64,000 bases of DNA. It comes from a virus. The stretch is from the IMG/VR virus record IMGVR_UViG_3300009149_000016, positions 1 through 64,000 of that record, one strand, 5' to 3'. Shown piece by piece: positions 54,908 through 61,394 of this stretch (position 1 is its first letter; each line of letters opens with the position of its first letter). The translations under genes were made by a program, and so were the position numbers. The notes under the pieces were generated by a model. The model ran no database searches. It was not told where the DNA came from and saw only the letters and a list, made by a program, of their open reading frames with translations.

Positions 54908-55133
54908 TTTCCACTTTCACGGGGAGGGGGTAGTGAATGAAGTCGAAGGTGGCGCAGGTTCCGCAGCTTCGGCACTTGTAGACGTAGATTCCATCCCGAA
55001 TGGCCTTGAACACCGGATCCACGTTGAGAAACTCACCACATTTGCAGCGGGTCACGAAGCCTTGGTCGGCAAGTAGCTTCTGTTCCAGCCGTTTCCGAAG
55101 ATAGGCGTGGTACCAGTCAACCAAGAACTTCAT
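54891..55133 (-). CDS. Small Zn-ribbon protein
   Basis: CKCG..CRSCG. Confidence 0.6.
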   Translation of the reverse strand: MKFLVDWYHAYLRKRLEQKLLADQGFVTRCKCGEFLNVDPVFKAIRDGIYVYKCRSCGTCATFDFIHYPLPVKVENETIS

Positions 55134-55408
55134 AGCCTCTCCCAGATGGTTGGGCGCTTCTGGTCCCACCCCAGTTCGGCCTCACGCACCCTGGAAGCGT
55201 GCACGAAGGCTTCCAGGGCGTCGTAGAAGTCCGTCGTGTGCAAGGTTATGCGCTCGTTGGAGCACAAGAGTCCATCCTTGACTCGCAGGGTGACCACCGG
55301 AACCTTTTCCCTCCGGTCGATCTTGAGATAAACCACATCACCTACGGCAAAAACGGTGACGTCATCCTCATCGGAGTTGGCTTCCGGGCCGATAACAACG
55401 GTCCTCAT
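55130..55408 (-). CDS. Hypothetical protein, tag A (RPTIWERL*)
   Basis: ATGA overlaps. Confidence 0.7.
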   Translation of the reverse strand: MRTVVIGPEANSDEDDVTVFAVGDVVYLKIDRREKVPVVTLRVKDGLLCSNERITLHTTDFYDALEAFVHASRVREAELGWDQKRPTIWERL

Positions 55409-55974
55409 TGGTACCTTCGTCCGGTCCAGGCGGCGACGTGGTTGTAGACGTCACCCCAGTTGTACGCCCGGGTCAAATGCTCGTCCTCTTGGTTGTATGT
55501 CGTGTCCCAGAGGATTCCCTCACCGTTCGGGTGCGCTGCGAGCCACTTCTGAACGTTTTCCGGCTTGTCATCGATCAGGATGTCGCCGTCGACGACTTCC
55601 TTATAGCCCGTCTGGACGATCTTCCTCGGGTCGAAGCCGAACTTGCCAGCGAGCCAGAAGCTTCGCTCATAGGCCCACGTAGGGCTCGTGTGGAACGGTG
55701 TGGTGACCGGAACCACCTCCCCGAACGTCTGAAGCCGCTTGACGGCTTCGGGAGCCTCTGGGAAGGGCTCGATCCCCGCACAGAACCCTGGCTGGTTCAT
55801 GGCGAACCGCAAGTGCTCGTGGTGCTCAGATGGGATGAGCTTCTGGATGTCCCAATCGACAACCTGCTCCGGGCGCAAGGTGATGCCCATGTGCTGCTTG
55901 ATCAGCTTGAGAACGGCTCCCGTGAAGTCCCCGACGACTCCATCAACGTCCAGCAAGATTCGTGGCTTTGGCAT
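55405..55974 (-). CDS. 5'(3')-deoxyribonucleotidase (NT5C, HAD)
   Basis: LLDVDGVV..LIDDKPEN. Confidence 0.9.
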   Translation of the reverse strand: MPKPRILLDVDGVVGDFTGAVLKLIKQHMGITLRPEQVVDWDIQKLIPSEHHEHLRFAMNQPGFCAGIEPFPEAPEAVKRLQTFGEVVPVTTPFHTSPTWAYERSFWLAGKFGFDPRKIVQTGYKEVVDGDILIDDKPENVQKWLAAHPNGEGILWDTTYNQEDEHLTRAYNWGDVYNHVAAWTGRRYQ

Positions 55975-56292
55975 TTACTTCCTCTTGAAATGGATCTGGC
56001 TTCGAGCAAGAGCTTCTACCAGCCCAGGCGGGTCCGCATCTTCCCCCGCATCCTCGAACACGTCAAGATCGTTGGCAGCCCGCAAAAGGTGACTGTACTG
56101 GTCACCCCCCGTCTTCCATTCAGCGATGACGCCATGCATCGCACGGCTCACCTCTTGAAATTCAGAATCCGAACGGCACCGACGAAACATAAGGGTGAAA
56201 GTCTCGGCTTGCTCAGCGGTAAGCTCGCCAATCTTTCGGAACCCCTCAACGATGGTTTGGAACTTCTGCTTTTGTCGACGCTTGTTCGTCAC
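55975..56292 (-). CDS. Hypothetical protein
   Basis: ORF in chain. Confidence 0.6.
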   Translation of the reverse strand: MTNKRRQKQKFQTIVEGFRKIGELTAEQAETFTLMFRRCRSDSEFQEVSRAMHGVIAEWKTGGDQYSHLLRAANDLDVFEDAGEDADPPGLVEALARSQIHFKRK

Positions 56293-56301
56293 CCAGAAGT
56301 G

Positions 56302-56523
56302 CTACACCAGCTTGTAACCCAGAGCGCACCCAGATCCCTGCCCACCGACCTTGGTCAGTCGACCCTCTTTGACCAACTCGTTGAGAAGCGCTTCGGCTTG
56401 CTCAAGGGACACGCGACCCTTGTAGCTTGAGACTACAGTCCCGACCAGCAAAGGACGGTACCGCTGTTTCTTTGCCAGGGTGAGCGCGAACTCTTTCACT
56501 CGAAGTTCTTCAGCTTCGTCCAT
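56302..56523 (-). CDS. Small winged-helix-like protein
   Basis: AEALLNELVKEGRL. Confidence 0.55.
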   Translation of the reverse strand: MDEAEELRVKEFALTLAKKQRYRPLLVGTVVSSYKGRVSLEQAEALLNELVKEGRLTKVGGQGSGCALGYKLV

Positions 56524-56791
56524 GCTCGATCCGTATGGGGGGAAGCTCGGGCATTTCGGAATCAAGCCCGAATGCTTTCATTTGGTCTTCGACCGGCGCC
56601 ACCGCTTCCAACTCGTCAAGTTGGTCTACACTCTTGATCGTGGCGCCCTTTTCTTCCAGCCGGGCCGTCAAGCCTTCGATGTCATCTGTGATCACCGAAA
56701 ATACGTTCGTGCCGGAATCAAGGACAATCTCCTCAGCCTCATCGATGATGAGATCCCGACAGAACGCTTGGACAGAATAGTGACCCATCAC
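56510..56791 (-). CDS. Acidic hypothetical protein
   Basis: ORF in chain. Confidence 0.6.
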   Translation of the reverse strand: MMGHYSVQAFCRDLIIDEAEEIVLDSGTNVFSVITDDIEGLTARLEEKGATIKSVDQLDELEAVAPVEDQMKAFGLDSEMPELPPIRIEHGRS

Positions 56792-57009
56792 GAAGCGAGG
56801 AACGAGGGTTGCCCACCCAAGACCAGTTCCCGGTAGGCTTCCGTGAGGACGCCGCTCGGCTTGAGGTTGCCCTCGTACGCCAAAGCGGTTGAAGTGCCCC
56901 CACCCTCCGTTGCCCAGCGAGCCGAGTAGTTCGGATCTGAGTAGGATTGGTTTTTACCGATCGGAGCGTTCCAATCGGGAAGAGTCGGAAGTGGATCGCC
57001 GGCTGCCAT
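56788..57009 (-). CDS. Hypothetical protein
   Basis: AGGAG SD. Confidence 0.6.
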   Translation of the reverse strand: MAAGDPLPTLPDWNAPIGKNQSYSDPNYSARWATEGGGTSTALAYEGNLKPSGVLTEAYRELVLGGQPSFLAS

Positions 57010-57020
57010 GATTAGATCTC

Positions 57021-57386
57021 CTATTCAGCGAGAACGCCAGCTTCGACCGTACCCGGTCGAGCCCATAGGATGGTACCACTCGGCCACTCCGTGATGGTAG
57101 TCGCTTCTGCCAAAATGGTGTTCCTATCCGAAACTGCCCCGGCGCCCTCGCCCTCCAACCGGACAGCGAACCAAGCGATCTCCCCAATAACTGAGCTATC
57201 ACCGGGGATGAGCGCTTCGATGGTCGTGTCGTCCCAGCTTTCAGGGATTACCTCAAAAGCTCCTGCATTCTCGCAGTAGAAAACCAAGACGCTATCACCC
57301 TGAGAGGCGCCGAAACCTGAACCCTGAAGGGTTACCGTCGCGTCTTGTTCCCAGGTGGTTGTGGTACCTTCAATTGACGGGGGCAT
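57021..57386 (-). CDS. IPT/TIG (Ig-like) domain protein, probably virion surface
   Basis: VTLQGSGFGASQG..SWDDTTIEALIP. Confidence 0.7.
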   Translation of the reverse strand: MPPSIEGTTTTWEQDATVTLQGSGFGASQGDSVLVFYCENAGAFEVIPESWDDTTIEALIPGDSSVIGEIAWFAVRLEGEGAGAVSDRNTILAEATTITEWPSGTILWARPGTVEAGVLAE

Positions 57387-57410
57387 ACCCTTTGCCCCTT
57401 CATAAGACGA

Positions 57411-58571
57411 CTAGCGGACCACCTCAGCAAGGTGGGAATCCTCGATCTTTGGTACCTCGAAGACCCGAAGCTCTTCCGTCCACAGATGCACCGTCAAATC
57501 AACGTGGGCTTGGATGCGCCACTTGTCGTGAAGCTCGACGCTCGTCAGTTCCTTGAATTCAGTGAGAACGGATCCAGCCGGGTTCATAATCCCGACGACA
57601 ACGGGCGCGCTGTCGACGGACCGACAGGCCAAGCGAAGCCGTTGCATTGCCAAAGCCACCGAGGGAGGGGCCAACCACATCCGGCAATTCATTTCCTTGA
57701 ATTCGTCCATCGTGGCCGATTCCAAAAGCTGGGACCCCTCGCACATCTGCGTGATGGCGTGGGCCACGTCGTTCATCAAACCTCGGTACAGAGCCGAGAG
57801 CACCTGGTTTTTCCGGTTGAAGTGAACGTTCGTGGTCGACGGGTCCTGAATGGGGATCGTCACCAGCGGGGAAGCGTGAACGAGCCGCTTGGTCCCATGC
57901 GCTGGTACCTTATCGGAAAAGGTCATGAGCCCATGAAGATGGGCGGCGGGTCCGCTTTCCGTCAGAAGGTTTTCCAGGAAAGTTTCTCGGATCTCCTCTG
58001 CCATGGTCTTTCGGCCATTGCGGGTAGCGATCCGAAGGCGCCGGTCACCGGTCTGCACGAGAAAGTCAGTCTGGGCGCCTTTCTTGGCAAGGGTCGCCTG
58101 GTTCGCCAACTCCCGCCCCTTCTCGTGGAAGTCGTGGATGACCTGGGCTTCGATCTCAGGATGCACCCGGGGAAGGGGCGTCACCATGTTGCCCGACTCA
58201 CGAGGGACTGTGGCTGGCGTGTAGATGGCTTCCGGCGTGACCTTGCGAATCAAACGGCCGGTCTCCGTGTTGACCATGTAGATCGAACCGTCCCCACCGT
58301 CGACGACCTGTTCGTATTCGTCGGCGATGTACTGGGCAGATGCCATGGCAACCGAGAAGTCGTGACCACCCCACTTGGCGCTCAGGCGCACAGCGAGGTT
58401 GTCAGCGAGCCACGTGTTGTCCCGCTTTTCTTCGGTAAATTGGGTGAATAGAGCGGTTAGCTCTGGGTCTCGCTGGATCTCCCCCCGGGCTGCCATCAAG
58501 GCATCGGAGGGAGGCTCAGCGGTTGATAAGACGACCACATCGGTCGCCTTTTTGGTGATGTCAGTCGTCAT
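57411..58571 (-). CDS. Hypothetical protein
   Basis: 386-aa ORF overlapping the AAA stop; start uncertain. Confidence 0.7.
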   Translation of the reverse strand: MTTDITKKATDVVVLSTAEPPSDALMAARGEIQRDPELTALFTQFTEEKRDNTWLADNLAVRLSAKWGGHDFSVAMASAQYIADEYEQVVDGGDGSIYMVNTETGRLIRKVTPEAIYTPATVPRESGNMVTPLPRVHPEIEAQVIHDFHEKGRELANQATLAKKGAQTDFLVQTGDRRLRIATRNGRKTMAEEIRETFLENLLTESGPAAHLHGLMTFSDKVPAHGTKRLVHASPLVTIPIQDPSTTNVHFNRKNQVLSALYRGLMNDVAHAITQMCEGSQLLESATMDEFKEMNCRMWLAPPSVALAMQRLRLACRSVDSAPVVVGIMNPAGSVLTEFKELTSVELHDKWRIQAHVDLTVHLWTEELRVFEVPKIEDSHLAEVVR

Positions 58572-60135
58572 CGTTGGTGATGAGTCGAAGGCTTTCGCTC
58601 TTGCCATCACTGGCGAACCGAGCACGAATGCCTTCCTTGGCGTCAGGGTCATACCCAACCCACTCGATAAGCTCTTGAACCTCGTCGACCATGGTCCGAT
58701 GGATCCGGGGCTTGCTCTCCAACTCGATCTTCAGGATGTCCTGATCGAGCTTGGGCTTCTCCTGCGAAAACGATTCGACCATGGCAGCGTAGATCGCTTG
58801 CTCAATCTCACGCCCGACCATCCGTTGAGACGATTCCGCCAGCATTGCCAGGTTGTAGTCCTCCGGGTCAGCGTTGACCTTTTTCAGGTGGATCTTGAGG
58901 ATCTCGATGCGTTCCTCCTCGTTGGGCATGTCGAAGAAGAATCGCTCATCCATGCGGTTGACGAACTCGGCGGGCATGCTCGTCAAGCTGTTTGCCGTCA
59001 TCGCCAAGCACACGGGTGCTTTCGTCTCCTGAAGCCAGGTCGACAGGATGCCGATGGTCCGGCTCGTGGTACCTGCATCCGACTGTGCCGACGACGCGTT
59101 GCCCGACAAGGACTTGTCAGCTTCGTCGAGCCACACGATGCACGGGGCGACCGATTCGATCAGGCGGCATGCCCGATAGACGTTGGCTTCCGACTCGCCC
59201 ACGCCGCTCGACCGCAGCTTGCCCATCTCCATCTGGACGACCGGCAGTTGCCACGCCGCTCCCATCGCCTTGACGCTCAGGGACTTGCCGCACCCCCACA
59301 CGCCCACAGCGAGCACTCCCTTGGGCGGCTTGAGCCCGTACTCCTGCCCCTTCTCGCTCCACGTCGCCTTCTGCTTGCGGGTCCACTGCTTGAACCGCTG
59401 GACCCCGCCCACGACGTCGAAGTTGAATTCGTCCGTGTCCACGTAGGTGAGCAGATCCGTCTTGGCAAGCTGCCGGCGCCGGAATTCGGCGACATAGGAC
59501 GGGTCGATTCGCTTCGGGTCCTTCTTGTCCTTCTTGGTCTTGATGACGCTCTGCGCAATCGCCGCTCGCACCTCGAAGCTCGTAAGCCCAGCGAACACCT
59601 TGGAAGCGTTGGGCAGCGGGGGGCGCTTCAGGAATCCGCACGTTTCCGTGACGATTTCCTCGATCTCGGGATCCGTGAGCCCGTGGTCATGCACTACCTC
59701 GAAGTAGCGCGAAAGCTTCTCAGGGATCATCAACCGGGGCCCGACGAAGATCAGGATCTTGACGGTCCGGATGTTGTTGTGCAACTGGTGCACGATGTTG
59801 AGGATTCGCCGCTGCGTGTGCTCGTCCCGCAACCACCGCTCAGGGTCCGTGATGATGTAGAAGTTCTGCTCCTCACGAGGGTCATCCCGGTAGATCTTGA
59901 TCAGAGCGTCGTGGATCGAACCACACTCACGGTTCTCAGCGTGGGCTCTGGTGGACCAATCCTTCGTCAGGGCTTCGATGGGTTGCAGCCCCATGGCAGC
60001 GTTGAACACCCACGTTCGCTTGACTTGCTTGCTCAAGACCTGTTGGAATCGCAGCAGGAAGCGGTCCTCTTCGTCAGTGACGAAAAAGATGCACTTGGCG
60101 AGACTGCGGAGAAAAAAGGCTAGTTCCGAATTCAT
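58561..60135 (-). CDS. AAA+ ATPase (Ycf46-like)
   Basis: Degenerate N-terminal AAA; PKGVLAVGVWGCGKS, WLDEADK, MTAN, RMDERFF; GGTGTA-N9 before MNSE. Confidence 0.9.
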   Translation of the reverse strand: MNSELAFFLRSLAKCIFFVTDEEDRFLLRFQQVLSKQVKRTWVFNAAMGLQPIEALTKDWSTRAHAENRECGSIHDALIKIYRDDPREEQNFYIITDPERWLRDEHTQRRILNIVHQLHNNIRTVKILIFVGPRLMIPEKLSRYFEVVHDHGLTDPEIEEIVTETCGFLKRPPLPNASKVFAGLTSFEVRAAIAQSVIKTKKDKKDPKRIDPSYVAEFRRRQLAKTDLLTYVDTDEFNFDVVGGVQRFKQWTRKQKATWSEKGQEYGLKPPKGVLAVGVWGCGKSLSVKAMGAAWQLPVVQMEMGKLRSSGVGESEANVYRACRLIESVAPCIVWLDEADKSLSGNASSAQSDAGTTSRTIGILSTWLQETKAPVCLAMTANSLTSMPAEFVNRMDERFFFDMPNEEERIEILKIHLKKVNADPEDYNLAMLAESSQRMVGREIEQAIYAAMVESFSQEKPKLDQDILKIELESKPRIHRTMVDEVQELIEWVGYDPDAKEGIRARFASDGKSESLRLITNDDD

Positions 60136-60177
60136 GTTGTCCTCTACACCGAGTGTTCCGACCCCTGAAATGCGACA

Positions 60178-60204
60178 GCCCGTCACCAGTTGAGGGTGAC
60201 GGGC
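60178..60204 (-). terminator. 10-bp perfect hairpin, possible terminator or stabiliser
   Basis: GCCCGTCACC-N7-GGTGACGGGC; weak U-tract. Confidence 0.4.
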
Positions 60205-60244
60205 CGCAGACGGCGCACGTGTGACGTGTTCAGCCGGTGTTGTG

Positions 60245-60571
60245 TCAGCCGATGGCGTACATGAGGACGACGTTGTCGCCTTCCTGGCTCACCGACTCGA
60301 TCGTGCCGCCCTGCTTGAAAACCTCTTCCTTGTACTTGGCGAGGTTGTAGTAGCAGCGCAACTTGCTGAAGGTCGTCTGGTTGTTACCGTAGTCCGTGTC
60401 GCCCGTGATGGTGCCGTCGCGAAGGTTGATCGTCGCGTCACGCAGCCCGTTGCCGCCCGTGATGCGCAGCGTGTCGCCGCTCTCGGAGAACGAAAGGCCC
60501 GCTTCCTTCAGGGCTTCCTTCGCCAAGCGCTTGTCGGTCATGTCAATCTTGGTAGTTACTCGATGGCTCAT
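60245..60571 (-). CDS. DUF1257 (Ycf35-like) protein
   Basis: MSH..TKIDMTD..ALKEAG pattern; adjacent to the AAA gene. Confidence 0.65.
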   Translation of the reverse strand: MSHRVTTKIDMTDKRLAKEALKEAGLSFSESGDTLRITGGNGLRDATINLRDGTITGDTDYGNNQTTFSKLRCYYNLAKYKEEVFKQGGTIESVSQEGDNVVLMYAIG

Positions 60572-60609
60572 GGTATTCTCCTACACCGTGTGCGCCGCTA
60601 GAAGCGGAT

Positions 60610-60780
60610 CTAGTTCTGGATTTCCTCGACCCGGTCACACTCGGGGCCGGTCTGTTCATCGTTGATCTGGTGGCCCACGGCGGTCGTGATCTTCAAGACT
60701 TCGGAGCAATTCTGCCCGCTGCGTTCCTGAACTTCCGTGATAACTTTGTTCGTAGGGGTGAACGTGACCTTGACTCGCAT
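60610..60780 (-). CDS. DUF2997-like small protein (56 aa)
   Basis: Hand-translated MRVKVTFTPTNKVITEVQERSGQNCSEV..; GGGAG SD; gene order fits. Confidence 0.6.
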   Translation of the reverse strand: MRVKVTFTPTNKVITEVQERSGQNCSEVLKITTAVGHQINDEQTGPECDRVEEIQN

Positions 60781-60814
60781 TGTACTAGCTCCCTGGCTTG
60801 TTGCCTCATTCGGT

Positions 60815-61378
60815 TCACTTGGGGTCTACACCAGGACTGCCCAATCTTACCTGGGCTCCCGACGGAATCACAACCTCATTTGTCGGTGCCGGCTTCTTTT
60901 TGGGCTCCCAAGGATCCGTTTGCGCTGGTTTTGTAGGGGCTCCCGCTAAAACACGCCCCTGATTCATAATAGGTTGAAATTGATCCGGTGGTGGCGCCGG
61001 GTCAGTAGGGTCCATGGCATCGTCCAGAGGTAACTCCACAAGTGGCTCACGCTGCGTGTCAGGTGGCGCTTCCTCGTCCTCTTCACCCTCTTGTAGGGGG
61101 TCGATCCATTGCGCCCCTAACTCGGGCATACGCTCCTCAGGAGCGGGGGCCCCGACGAAACGCTTGGCTTTGATACCTTGGTACCGTTCGTCGAGAGGGT
61201 CCATGCGGGGAACGTCAAGAAACAGGCGGCTTTCCCAGGTTTGGGTTCGCTTGTCGAACAGGCTCTTGCCCGCCATGCTCCGATGACATTCCGTTTGAAC
61301 GCAGAATGCGCACCACGTCGCCTGGAAGTCTACCAGGGGCTCGCCTTGAGCATTGCATTCGCCTAGAAAGTCCCGCAT
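60815..61378 (-). CDS. Hypothetical protein
   Basis: Cys-containing N-terminus, Pro-rich C-terminus. Confidence 0.7.
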   Translation of the reverse strand: MRDFLGECNAQGEPLVDFQATWCAFCVQTECHRSMAGKSLFDKRTQTWESRLFLDVPRMDPLDERYQGIKAKRFVGAPAPEERMPELGAQWIDPLQEGEEDEEAPPDTQREPLVELPLDDAMDPTDPAPPPDQFQPIMNQGRVLAGAPTKPAQTDPWEPKKKPAPTNEVVIPSGAQVRLGSPGVDPK

Positions 61379-61394
61379 CCCCGTAACCTAGCGC

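Noticed and set aside
1405-57410. Putative third (late) promoter, T-rich YTTRTG/CTTTTGAT 16-19 nt upstream of tag B and structural genes (e.g. 1405, 12211, 23899, 45439, 57386)
   Set aside because: Too degenerate to support by eye; needs a motif search.
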